Source: Clostridia bacterium
GTDB lineage: Bacteria; Bacillota; Clostridia; Christensenellales; UBA1242
DNA length: 64,000 nucleotides
Assembly: GCA_017478185.1 (NCBI GenBank)
Contig: JAFVEA010000009.1
Span: 5,264 to 69,263 of the forward strand
Direction: 5' to 3'
Positions 47,563 through 56,778 of the stretch are shown here, one piece after another. The position numbers and the translations under genes were made by a program. The notes under the pieces were generated by a model. That model was not told the origin of the DNA, did no database searches, and worked only from the letters and a program-made list of their open reading frames with translations. How positions within the stretch are numbered: position 1 is the stretch's first letter; the number at the start of each line of letters is the position of its first letter.

Positions 47563-48982
47563 TTTTTATATCCCCCACAATAAGTTCACTGCCTTTTTCA
47601 TTTAGGGCTATTTGTTCTTTTTTAAGTCTTCTTTCATTTGCCATAATTCTTATGAGCTTTGGAATGCAAAAACTCCCTTGGCACCTTCCCATTGTTGGCC
47701 TAACCCTACGCTTTAGGGCATCAATTGAAACTGGATGAAGTGGAGAGTTTAGGGCATCAATAATCTCTGCCTCACTGATGTGTTCACACCTGCAAACAAT
47801 TTTTCCGTAAAGAGGATTTTGTTTTATTAAATTGTCAAGTTCATCAGAAGACATATTTTGGGTGTCGATATATGGCTTTCTTTTTTTGTAATTTATAGGC
47901 TTTGTTTTTATGCCATCTTTTTTTAGCATTTCTAAAAAGTCTTTGGCAATTGCTGGAGCTGCCGTAAGCCCTGGAGAGCATATTCCCACGGCATAATAAT
48001 AATTTTTGTTGGTTTCATCTCTTTCAACAACAAAATCAGAGCCTGTTTTAACTCTAATTCCCGCAAAAAGCTTTATGGTCTTTTTAAAGTTTGGCTCTTT
48101 AACTGTTTGCAAAATTTGTTCTTTTATTTTTTCAACGCCATTTAAGTCAACGCTTCTGTCATCTTTTTGGCAGTCAACAGCAGTTGGCCCAAACATTATG
48201 TTGCCGTGAACAGTTATGTTTGCCAAAATCCCTTTTCCAACTTTTGTTGGAAGCGGAAAAATTGGGTGATTTATATACCCTTTTGTGGATTTATCAAGCA
48301 AAATATATTCACCTTTAACAAAACGCATTGGATAAGTTTTTGTGTTTAAAAGCTTGTTTATCTCATTTGCGTTTGGCCCAGCGCAGTTTATAACATATTT
48401 TGCGTGAACACTTTTTATGCCATCACTTAATATATAGCCCGTTTCATCTTTTGTTATTTGTTTAACCTCAAACTTTGTTTGAATTTCTCCACCATTTATG
48501 ATTCCTTCTTCTGCTAAAGCTATGCAAACAGAATAAGGCGAAACGACCCCACCAGTTGGAGCAAAAAGTGCAAACTTTATGTCATCACTTAAATTGGGCT
48601 CCATTTGTTTTAACTCAGCTTCTTCAATTATTCTTAAACCCAAAACGCCATTTTCTTCTCCCCTCTTTTTAAGCTCCATTAAAGCTTCTTTTCCGTCAGC
48701 CTTTGAAACTGTTAGCGTTCCGCACTCAAGATATTCCACCCCAAGCCTCTCACACATAGACTTATACATTTTGTTCCCCAAAACATTATATTTTGCCATA
48801 AGTGAACCTGGAATTGGGTCATAGCCCGAGTGAACAATTCCACTGTTTGCCTTTGTGGCATAAGCGCTAACATCGTTGCTAGATTCCAAAAGGCAAGTGT
48901 TTATGCCATTTAAAACAGCTTCACTAAAAGTGTTGCATCCAACAATTCCTCCACCAATAACAACCAAATCAAACTCTTTCAT
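47549..48982 (-). CDS. FAD-dependent glycerol-3-phosphate dehydrogenase/oxidase with a BFD-like [2Fe-2S] domain
   Basis: FDLVVIGGGIVGC (FAD fold) and a C-terminal CRCEHISEAEI...CQGSFC motif. ATG 48982 follows AGGAG. Confidence 0.85.
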   Translation of the reverse strand: MKEFDLVVIGGGIVGCNTFSEAVLNGINTCLLESSNDVSAYATKANSGIVHSGYDPIPGSLMAKYNVLGNKMYKSMCERLGVEYLECGTLTVSKADGKEALMELKKRGEENGVLGLRIIEEAELKQMEPNLSDDIKFALFAPTGGVVSPYSVCIALAEEGIINGGEIQTKFEVKQITKDETGYILSDGIKSVHAKYVINCAGPNANEINKLLNTKTYPMRFVKGEYILLDKSTKGYINHPIFPLPTKVGKGILANITVHGNIMFGPTAVDCQKDDRSVDLNGVEKIKEQILQTVKEPNFKKTIKLFAGIRVKTGSDFVVERDETNKNYYYAVGICSPGLTAAPAIAKDFLEMLKKDGIKTKPINYKKRKPYIDTQNMSSDELDNLIKQNPLYGKIVCRCEHISEAEIIDALNSPLHPVSIDALKRRVRPTMGRCQGSFCIPKLIRIMANERRLKKEQIALNEKGSELIVGDIKNGGK

Positions 48983-49119
48983 AACTCTCCTTAAAAATTG
49001 CATTTTTAATATTTTACTATGTTTTGTTTGAAAAGGCAAATAAAATGAAAACTTTTGCTATTTATTTGCTATAAATCACTAAAATTTGCTATAATAACTC
49101 AAAATGGGAGGGGCAAAAA

Positions 49120-50592
49120 ATGAACAAAAAATTTATTGTTGCAATTGATGAAGGAACTTCAAGCGTTAGAGTGAGTTTGTATGACGTTTTAAAAAACAAA
49201 TTCACGCTTTCAAGAAGGGAAACTATCACACAATATTATCCTCAGCCTGGTTGGGTGGAACATGACGCTGAAGAAATTTTTCAAAAAACAAAAATGTGCC
49301 TTGATGACATTTTGAGTGAAATTGACGAAAGCCTTGTTTTTGGAATTGGAATCACAAACCAACGAGAAACAACAGTTTGTTGGAACAAAAAAACGCAAAA
49401 ACCACTTCAAAAAGCCATTGTTTGGCAATGCAGAAGAACGGCAGATTATGTCAGCAAAAACTTAACTGGAAGTGTGGCGGAAAAAATTCACAAAACAACT
49501 GGACTGTTGCCAGACTCATATTTTTCGGCAACAAAAATAAACTGGATTTTAACTCACAACAAAAAAGCCCCTGCCCTTTTAAAATCAAACAATTTGTGTT
49601 TTGGAACAATTGACAGCTTTTTAACTTTTAGGTTAACTGGTGGCAAAAGTTTTGTAACCGACATAACAAATGCCAGCAGAACAATGCTTATGAACCTTAA
49701 AACTGGGCTTTGGGATGATGAGCTTTTATCTCTTTTTGGCATTCCAAAATCTGTTTTGCCTCAAATTGTTGAAAATGACAAAATTGTTGGCTATTATAAT
49801 TTTAAAGGAACAGATATTCCCATTGCTGGAATTATTGGTGACCAACAATCATCTTTGTTTGGGCAAACTTGTTTTGAATGTGGAGATATTAAGGCAACTT
49901 ATGGAACGGGAAGTTTTGTTTTGCAAAACATTGGAAACAAAATTTTGTATAGCAAAAACAAACTTATAACAACAGTTGCGTGGAAGCTTGAAAATCAAAA
50001 AACTTTTTATGCCATTGAAGGAAGCGTTTTTAACTGTGGGAGCGCAATAAATTGGCTTAAAAATGTTGGAATCATTAAAAGCCCGTCTGACTGTGACAAT
50101 ATGGCAGAAACTGGCGAGATAACAAAAGGAGTTTTCTTTATTCCAGCTTTCACTGGGCTTGGGGCGCCCTATTGGAATCCAAACGCCAAAGCTATTTTGT
50201 GTGGAATAACCCCTGGGGTTTCAAAAAATCAAATTGCACGAGCTGTTTTGGAAGGAATTGCCTTTAGAGTGTGTGATGTTTTAAATGTTATTTATAAAGA
50301 CACCAACTTAAGTTTTAACACCATAAAAGTTGATGGTGGAGTTAGCCGAAGCAATTATGCAATGCAATTTGAAAGCAATTTAATTCAAAAAAATATAGAT
50401 ATTAGCAAAGAATCTGAAAGCACCTCGCTTGGAGCAGTTTTTATGTGTGGGCTTGCAACAAAAGCGTTTAACAGTTTGGAAGAAATTAAAAAAGTTTATC
50501 AAAAATCAAAAACTTTTAAGCCAAAAATGGCTTTAAGTGACGCAGAAAATCTTTATGATGAATATAAAAAAATCATTAAAAAAGCTTTTTGA
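49120..50592 (+). CDS. glpK: Glycerol kinase
   Basis: FIVAIDEGTSSVRVSLYD, GITNQRETTVCWNK, and a FGGY-family C-terminal domain. Confidence 0.95.
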   Translation: MNKKFIVAIDEGTSSVRVSLYDVLKNKFTLSRRETITQYYPQPGWVEHDAEEIFQKTKMCLDDILSEIDESLVFGIGITNQRETTVCWNKKTQKPLQKAIVWQCRRTADYVSKNLTGSVAEKIHKTTGLLPDSYFSATKINWILTHNKKAPALLKSNNLCFGTIDSFLTFRLTGGKSFVTDITNASRTMLMNLKTGLWDDELLSLFGIPKSVLPQIVENDKIVGYYNFKGTDIPIAGIIGDQQSSLFGQTCFECGDIKATYGTGSFVLQNIGNKILYSKNKLITTVAWKLENQKTFYAIEGSVFNCGSAINWLKNVGIIKSPSDCDNMAETGEITKGVFFIPAFTGLGAPYWNPNAKAILCGITPGVSKNQIARAVLEGIAFRVCDVLNVIYKDTNLSFNTIKVDGGVSRSNYAMQFESNLIQKNIDISKESESTSLGAVFMCGLATKAFNSLEEIKKVYQKSKTFKPKMALSDAENLYDEYKKIIKKAF

Positions 50593-50605
50593 AAGGAGAT
50601 AAAAA

Positions 50606-51508
50606 ATGGTTAAAGAAGAATTTATAAAAAGTTTTGATAAAACAAAAATTTTTACTTACACATATGACAAAGTTAAAAACCCAAAAGGGGTTATCTTAAT
50701 TGTTCACGGAATGGCAGAACACGCAAAAAGATATTCAGAATTTGCGGAATTTTTAAACAAAAATTCATACATTGTTTTTTGTTTTGATTTAAGAGCTCAC
50801 GGAAAAACCGCAAACGGGATTGAAAACTTAGGAAAATATAAAGATGATTTGTTTGAACACTCAGTTTGTGATATTATGTTTTTTTCAAACTATTTGCATG
50901 AAAAATATAATTTGCCACTTTATGTTTTGGGGCACAGCTTTGGAAGCTTTTTGCTTCAACGATATATTGAAATTTATCAAAACTATGATGCGGTTATTTT
51001 TTCAGGCTCAGCAAATATGAAAAATCAATTAAGCGTAAGTTTAGGGCTTATGGTGGCAAGGATGACCAAACTTTTTTGTGGAAAAAATCACCCAGCAAAA
51101 ATGATTGCAAAATTAAGTTTTGGCTCTTATGAAAAACACTTTGAAAACAAAAACTGGTTAACTTCTGATGAAAAAATTTTTGAAGAATATCAAAAAGATG
51201 ATTATTGCGGTTTTGTTTGCAGTGCAAACTTTTATTGCTCATTTTTTAAAAATTTAAAAAAGATATATAAATATGAAAATTTAGCACAAATTAATTGTGA
51301 TAAACCTATGCTTATTTTGTCTGGAGCAAAAGATGCTGTTGGGGGCTTTGGAAAACTTGCTAAAAAACTTAAAAACTTATATGAAAAAATTGGAGTAAAA
51401 AACATAAACTTTAAGCTTTATGATGAAATGAGACACGAAATTTTAAACGAAACAAACAAACAAGAAGTTTTTGATGACATCTTAAACTTTTTAAAAAAAC
51501 AAAAATAG
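50606..51508 (+). CDS. Alpha/beta hydrolase (monoacylglycerol lipase / lysophospholipase-like)
   Basis: VILIVHGMAEHAKRYSEFAEFL, the nucleophile elbow GHSFGS, and a late His (MRHEILNE). Confidence 0.8.
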   Translation: MVKEEFIKSFDKTKIFTYTYDKVKNPKGVILIVHGMAEHAKRYSEFAEFLNKNSYIVFCFDLRAHGKTANGIENLGKYKDDLFEHSVCDIMFFSNYLHEKYNLPLYVLGHSFGSFLLQRYIEIYQNYDAVIFSGSANMKNQLSVSLGLMVARMTKLFCGKNHPAKMIAKLSFGSYEKHFENKNWLTSDEKIFEEYQKDDYCGFVCSANFYCSFFKNLKKIYKYENLAQINCDKPMLILSGAKDAVGGFGKLAKKLKNLYEKIGVKNINFKLYDEMRHEILNETNKQEVFDDILNFLKKQK

Positions 51509-51523
51509 TTTAAAGGGGATATT

Positions 51524-51988
51524 ATGAAAGGAGATTATATTGTTTCAACAAAAGATTTTGTAAACTTGATTTCAAATTCTGGATTCACTCCACAAAGGCA
51601 AAGAGGCAGTCACCAAACTTTTGTTCACGAAGTTTTAAATGCCACAATTCAAATTGTAAAAAACAAACCAACAATCGGAACAGGCGTTTTGAAAGACCAA
51701 CTTTCTATTCTTGTTTTTTCACAACTTGTTTCAAACAACAATCCCAAAGATGTTGGCAAATGGGTGGAAACAATTAAAAATAACAAAATTCAAAATTTAA
51801 TTAAAAACACCATAAAAGAATATGCTGAACAACCTTTTGAAGCCCTTCCACCAACTCAAAAAAAGTTGTGTGCAACAAAAACTGATAATGGAGCAAAAGA
51901 ATTTATTGAAAGAGAAAGAGAAAAGCATATAGGTGCAAAAATCAAAGAACAAAAATCAAAGACAACTGAAGTTTCTATGTTTGTGTAG
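51524..51988 (+). CDS. HicA-like domain protein with an approximately 90-aa C-terminal extension
   Basis: Residues about 8-66, VSTKDFVNLISNSGFTPQRQRGSHQTFVHEV...IQIVKNKPTIGTGVLKDQLSIL, match the HicA toxin pattern (GF-x-x-x-RQ-x-GSH ... G-x-L). Confidence 0.6.
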   Translation: MKGDYIVSTKDFVNLISNSGFTPQRQRGSHQTFVHEVLNATIQIVKNKPTIGTGVLKDQLSILVFSQLVSNNNPKDVGKWVETIKNNKIQNLIKNTIKEYAEQPFEALPPTQKKLCATKTDNGAKEFIEREREKHIGAKIKEQKSKTTEVSMFV

Positions 51989-52076
51989 AATAATTTTTTA
52001 AACAATTAAAAATTGTTTGCGTAAAATATATAAATTTGATACAATGAAGAGAGTATTCAAAAAAATGGAGGAAAAA

Positions 52077-53405
52077 ATGATTTACCCAGAGATACCAAAA
52101 TCAAAACGAAAAAGTAGTTATATAGTGGGTGGAATTTTTGCAATTTTTGCAGGAACTATTTTGCTATTGCTGTTTTTGCCAAAGTTCACCGACAAAGTTT
52201 TGGGCTTTATTTTATGGGATTGGAGCACAATCTTGCCACAAATTACCCCAGACTTCTTTTTAAGCGTTGGTTCTTATATGCAAATTGGGATTCCTGTTGT
52301 TTTGTTTTTGTGTGTTGTGGCTTCCTTTTTTATGGGAATTAGCAAAAGCTCGATGTTTTTAAAAATTTCTATGGCTTGCTCAACTTTTGCATATCTTTTA
52401 AGTTATTCTCTTAGTCCAGCAAACTTGTCTAACACCATTGTTGGTGCATTAAAATATGTTGCATATGTTTTGCTTGGAATTTCTCTTGTTTTTGTTGTTT
52501 TGGGAATCATATTTAGGTTCAGAAAAGATGAAGTGTATGTTCCTTATCACGCAAACAGCTTTCATATTTTTTGCTCAATTGCTCTTTTAATTATTAGTGC
52601 CCTTGACATCTTTTCTGACTTACTAAAATTTGATGGCATCAGCGCAAACTCAAGATATTATTACTGCGCTGTGATTGCTATATTTTTGATAACAGCTGGA
52701 ATTTGGATGTTATGTTCATCAAAGCGTAGCCCAAATGAGTTTGGAACAGGTTATGAAAGAGATAGCAAAATTAAAGCTGAGCAAAAACAAGACAAAATAA
52801 ATCAAACTCAAGGCGCAAATGAGCTTAACGCACAAAATGTTAATGCTCAAACAACTCCTCTAAATATGAATGCTGGTTTAAATCAAATGCCTCAGCAAGG
52901 AGCTCAAATTCCGCCTCAAACACAAAATGAACTTAAACCTCAAAATGCTGGTGGGCCTCAACAAACTGAGCCTCAAGTAAATGCAACACAAACAGTTTTA
53001 TCAGACGGCAGAGGAGTTCAAACTCCACAACAAATGTCTCCACAAAATCCAAACTTGCAAGTTGTTGGAAACGGCTCAGTTCCACCAAGGCCAGCAATGC
53101 CACCAAGGTTAGGTCCAGACGGAAAACCTATGCCACCGTTCCCTCCAAGGCCAGCAAATATGCCTCCAAGATTGGGGCCAGACGGAAAGCCTTTGCCACC
53201 ATTCCCACCACGCCCAGCAAATATGCCACCAAAATTAGGACCAGACGGAAAGCCTTTGCCTCCGTTCCCACCACGCCCAGCAAATATGCCTCCAAGGCCA
53301 GCGAATATGCCTCCGCAAAATCCAAATGTGGCACAACCAGAACAGCAAAACACAACACAAAACACGCCAGAAAACAATCAAAACAACATAGATAAAGGTG
53401 AATAA
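52077..53405 (+). CDS. Polytopic membrane protein with a Gln/Pro-rich tail carrying PPRLGPDGKPxPPFPPRPANM repeats
   Basis: 442 aa from ATG 52077 (GGAGG 5 nt upstream). About 6 TM helices, then a low-complexity tail. Confidence 0.7.
   Translation: MIYPEIPKSKRKSSYIVGGIFAIFAGTILLLLFLPKFTDKVLGFILWDWSTILPQITPDFFLSVGSYMQIGIPVVLFLCVVASFFMGISKSSMFLKISMACSTFAYLLSYSLSPANLSNTIVGALKYVAYVLLGISLVFVVLGIIFRFRKDEVYVPYHANSFHIFCSIALLIISALDIFSDLLKFDGISANSRYYYCAVIAIFLITAGIWMLCSSKRSPNEFGTGYERDSKIKAEQKQDKINQTQGANELNAQNVNAQTTPLNMNAGLNQMPQQGAQIPPQTQNELKPQNAGGPQQTEPQVNATQTVLSDGRGVQTPQQMSPQNPNLQVVGNGSVPPRPAMPPRLGPDGKPMPPFPPRPANMPPRLGPDGKPLPPFPPRPANMPPKLGPDGKPLPPFPPRPANMPPRPANMPPQNPNVAQPEQQNTTQNTPENNQNNIDKGE
53100..53309 (+). 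repeat. 63-bp x 3.3 in-frame tandem repeat
   Basis: Units at 53100-53162, 53163-53225 and 53226-53288, plus a 21-bp partial unit. Each encodes PP(R/K)LGPDGKP(M/L)PPFPPRPANM. Confidence 0.95.
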
Positions 53406-53872
53406 TGGAAAATAAAGTAGATTTAAGAAAATGGGACAAACGCTATATGAGCGTTGCCGAGCTTGTTGCAACTTGGTCAACTTGCATAAGAGAAAATAGG
53501 CAGGTTGGTGCTGTTATTGTTAGAGATAATCGCATTATTTCAACTGGATATAACGGAGCTCCTGCTGGAGTTAAAAACTGCAAAGAGCGTGGTGAATGCC
53601 TAAGAGATAAGCTTGGCATTAAAAGTGGCACTTGCCAAGAAATGTGTTATTCTGTTCACGCTGAACAAAATGCCATAGCTCAAGCAGCAAAACTTGGACA
53701 TTCGGTTAAGGATGGAACAATTTATATCACCCACTCCCCTTGCTCGGTTTGTTCTAGAATAATAATAAACACTGGAATAAAAAGAATTGTTTATAAACAA
53801 AACTATCCAGACGAGTTTTCACTAGGCATCTTAAAAGAGGCGGGCATTGAAGTTGTGCAGTTAAAAGATTAA
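53405..53872 (+). CDS. comEB: dCMP deaminase (ComEB-type)
   Basis: Zinc motifs HAEQNAI and PCSVCSRII. The start overlaps the upstream stop (TAATG). Confidence 0.9.
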   Translation: MENKVDLRKWDKRYMSVAELVATWSTCIRENRQVGAVIVRDNRIISTGYNGAPAGVKNCKERGECLRDKLGIKSGTCQEMCYSVHAEQNAIAQAAKLGHSVKDGTIYITHSPCSVCSRIIINTGIKRIVYKQNYPDEFSLGILKEAGIEVVQLKD

Positions 53873-53936
53873 AAGTTAAACAACTAAAAAAAGTATGTGC
53901 ATCACACATACTTTTTGTTTTTTTAAATTAACTTTG

Positions 53937-54878
53937 TTAATCTCTTTGAATTGAAGCTCCACAAGATGAACATTTTTTGTCTTGTTCAGAAATTTTTGAG
54001 CCACAGTAAACACAGAACTTTGATTTTGGTTTTTCTGTTGTTTGTTCAACAGGCACAGCTTCTTCTTTTTGCTCTTCTTTTTTGGCCTCTTCCTCTTCAT
54101 AAAGCTTTCTCTTTTTGATATAAAGCACAATGCTCGCAACACCCAAAGCAACACTAAAAGCCAAAGCTAAATATCCACTAACCTTAAGGCCTACTTCAGT
54201 GTTTTTTGTGCCTTGGCTGGTTAGTGCAGCATATTCTCCATCATCTTCTAATTTTGTTTGTCCATAACGCATATCAATTGAATTGGTTTCTCGGTCTATT
54301 TCTGTGTTTAAATCATCTATAGCAATCTCTATCACTTTTTGTATATATTCTGCTTCATATGCTTCATCATATGTATAAGTGTAAAACGTGTAACCTTCAA
54401 CATAACTGTTGCCTTCAGACGTTTTAAATTTATATATTAAACAATATTTATTTGAACTGTCACTTTTTTTAATTGATAACACATTTGCAGTGGTTTTATA
54501 ATTAGGATCACTTTGTGCCCTCTTAACCATAAGCTGATATTCTTGATAATCACTCTCTATTCTTTGTATTCTTTGAGTATTTGTTAACGCAATTAAATAA
54601 CCCATAACCAGCAAAATAACTGCTCCAACAAACAAAAATGAGGCAATAGTTCTTAAAATATATATTCCACTTCCAATTCTATTTGGAACATAATAACTTC
54701 TTCCACCAAAGCCACCAATAATAACAACGCTTTGTCCGTGCACCATTCCTCGGCGCCTATAACGTGGGCCATAACTATGTCCGTGGTCGTGTCCACCACT
54801 AAAGCCGCCTCCGCCAAAGTGACCACCTCCGCCGTGCCCTCCAAAGCTTCCACCACTAATTCCTCTTCCTGATGGCAT
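53937..54878 (-). CDS. Membrane protein: Gly/His-rich N-terminus, two TM helices around a DUF3592-like domain, C-terminal zinc ribbon
   Basis: GGSFGGHGGGGHFGGGGFSGGHDHGH, TM helices IASFLFVGAVILLVMGYLIAL and GYLALAFSVALGVASIVLYI, and the C-terminal FCVYCGSKISEQDKKCSSCG. Confidence 0.6.
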   Translation of the reverse strand: MPSGRGISGGSFGGHGGGGHFGGGGFSGGHDHGHSYGPRYRRRGMVHGQSVVIIGGFGGRSYYVPNRIGSGIYILRTIASFLFVGAVILLVMGYLIALTNTQRIQRIESDYQEYQLMVKRAQSDPNYKTTANVLSIKKSDSSNKYCLIYKFKTSEGNSYVEGYTFYTYTYDEAYEAEYIQKVIEIAIDDLNTEIDRETNSIDMRYGQTKLEDDGEYAALTSQGTKNTEVGLKVSGYLALAFSVALGVASIVLYIKKRKLYEEEEAKKEEQKEEAVPVEQTTEKPKSKFCVYCGSKISEQDKKCSSCGASIQRD

Positions 54879-54895
54879 AATCTTAATCTCCTTTT

Positions 54896-55924
54896 CTAAA
54901 AATTATTTTCTAAAGTTTTTTTATTGCCAACTTTTGTCTTATCTCTAGCTCCTCTTTTTGCGCTTGAGATAAATTCGCCTTGAATTTTTCCAAAAGTTTT
55001 GCCGTTTAAGCCAAAAAGCTCGCAATTTTCAACGCTTTTAGCCATAACATTTTCACAATTTTCTATCATACTATCTTTTGTGTTGTCTGGCATTTCACCA
55101 GCATTGTTATAAAACACAGAGCCCACATACAAGCTTTTTTGTTTGCCCTTTCCGTCACCAAAAGTTATATTACAGTTTTTTAATGAACAGTTTTCAAAGA
55201 TGCCGTCACCAACCAGCGTTGAATTTGAAACTGAACTTCCGTTTGAAAGAGTTATTGCTTGAATCCCTAAGCCTAAAACATAGCTTTTGTTCACATACGC
55301 TCCTTGCCTTAGGCAAACATTTTCTAAGCTTGTGTTGCCCCTAACGCTTATGTTATCGCCTATTGCATTAACATTTAAAAACTCTCCACCGTCACACAAA
55401 AAATCTATTGAATTGCCTTGAATTTTTGCGGGAGCAATAATGCCACGAAAATCAGCATTTTTTAATGTTATGTCTTCACCCAAAATATCATAATTTTGGG
55501 TTGCTGAGTTTTTTAAACTTATGTTGTTTCCAACAATTGCTGAATTTTTTATGTTTATGGCATCACCAATTTCGCTAAAGATATCCACTTTTCCACAAAT
55601 CACTGCATTTTCAACATTAAGCCCGCACCCGTCTTCTAAGGTTATATTATTATCACCCGCAAAAACACAATCTTTTAAATTTATGTAATTGTCACCGCTC
55701 CCAGAAAATATGGGAATATTGTTTTGTTTGTCTGGAAAAAATGATGCATTTTCTATGTCTATGTTCTTTGCCAAAATTTTGTCGAGATAGCAACACACTT
55801 CACCCTCTTTTGCTTTTAAAACTTCACCAAAAACTTTTTTTGTTTGAGGGGCTTTGCACACAATGGAAAAATATTCTTTTCCATTAATTTTTTTAATATT
55901 TTTATCAATTAAATAATCACTCAC
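54896..55924 (-). CDS. Cytoplasmic beta-helix-like repeat protein, unknown function
   Basis: 342 aa from GTG 55924, 8 nt after GGAGG. Irregular repeats of about 20 aa: N(I/V)xLxNxxxxGxxIxL. Confidence 0.55.
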   Translation of the reverse strand: MSDYLIDKNIKKINGKEYFSIVCKAPQTKKVFGEVLKAKEGEVCCYLDKILAKNIDIENASFFPDKQNNIPIFSGSGDNYINLKDCVFAGDNNITLEDGCGLNVENAVICGKVDIFSEIGDAINIKNSAIVGNNISLKNSATQNYDILGEDITLKNADFRGIIAPAKIQGNSIDFLCDGGEFLNVNAIGDNISVRGNTSLENVCLRQGAYVNKSYVLGLGIQAITLSNGSSVSNSTLVGDGIFENCSLKNCNITFGDGKGKQKSLYVGSVFYNNAGEMPDNTKDSMIENCENVMAKSVENCELFGLNGKTFGKIQGEFISSAKRGARDKTKVGNKKTLENNF

Positions 55925-56059
55925 AAAAGCCACCTCCTTTTGTTATAACAATTATAACAATTTTATTTAAAATGGTCAAGAAAAACATATGTTTGTTATA
56001 AAAATTTTGCTAAAATTAATTTAAAAAATAAAATTAACTTAACCTTTGTTTTTTGTTGA

Positions 56060-56146
56060 CAGTTTTTATATTTGTGATATAATATAGTCGCAAATATGAA
56101 ATCAGTTTTTATATTTGTGATATAATGTAGTTATCAAATATTAAAT
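56060..56146 (+). repeat. Tandem 43/44-bp duplication carrying an extended -10 promoter element (TGTGATATAAT)
   Basis: Copy 1 at 56060-56102 and copy 2 at 56103-56146. The first 24 nt are identical, about 38/43 overall. A degenerate third copy runs to about 56180. TTGACA at 56056-56061 serves copy 1. Confidence 0.85.
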
Positions 56147-56197
56147 GTTAATATTTTTGATATAAACAAAATATTGAAGAAAGCGGGAGGAATTTTT

Positions 56198-56677
56198 ATG
56201 AATCAAAATCAATTAGAATGCGTTAAAGGTATGTCATCATATAGGTCACGAAAGGCATTTTTGGATGATTATTATGGGTTTGATAAGAAAAATGCAACTA
56301 ATATACCAGAAGCAAATGTCCAAGAATCAATCTGCGCCTTGGGGGATGCGTGTGATATGGTGCACAACCAACCAGAAGGATATGGAAGTTTTCTTAGTGA
56401 TATGTTAAAAGCAATCAATAAAACAGACTATGATATTCAATATAGAGCTAGGGAATATCTTAGTAACCTTGCAGATAGAATAGATATGAAACAGCGCTAT
56501 AGATTGTCAGACAATTTTGGTGACATTGTTGTTGATTCATTTTCCAATGATGACATAGGATTCGATAAAGAGGCATATTTAAAAGTTGAAGAACAAATGG
56601 TTGGAGTGTTAGTGCAACAACGCTGGAAACCAAGCAAAAAAAATAGCCATAACACTAAAAAGCCTTTTGGTGAATAA
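56198..56677 (+). CDS. Hypothetical protein (159 aa)
   Basis: ATG 56198 follows GGGAGG. No motif recognised. Confidence 0.55.
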   Translation: MNQNQLECVKGMSSYRSRKAFLDDYYGFDKKNATNIPEANVQESICALGDACDMVHNQPEGYGSFLSDMLKAINKTDYDIQYRAREYLSNLADRIDMKQRYRLSDNFGDIVVDSFSNDDIGFDKEAYLKVEEQMVGVLVQQRWKPSKKNSHNTKKPFGE

Positions 56678-56778
56678 AATTTGATTTTGCTATAAAAAAT
56701 TAAAAGATGCAATATAAAACAAAAAAAAGCACTTTTTGTGCTTTTTTTTATTAAACTATTTTTAGAAATTTAGAATTT

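Noticed and set aside
45953-51508. The glycerol locus (glpK plus lipase divergent from glpA-like, flavoprotein and DUF1667) considered as a possible novelty.
   Set aside because: This three-subunit arrangement is, from memory, a known anaerobe-type glycerol-3-phosphate dehydrogenase cluster. It counts as ordinary metabolism. Only the appended HicA-like gene is reported separately.
53018-53480. Three overlapping minus-strand ORFs (81-119 aa, Gly-rich or Leu/Ala-rich) opposite the Pro-rich repeat.
   Set aside because: They are antisense artefacts of the CCN-rich tandem repeat, since stop-free frames are expected there. The sense-strand gene has an SD, TM helices and coupling to comEB.
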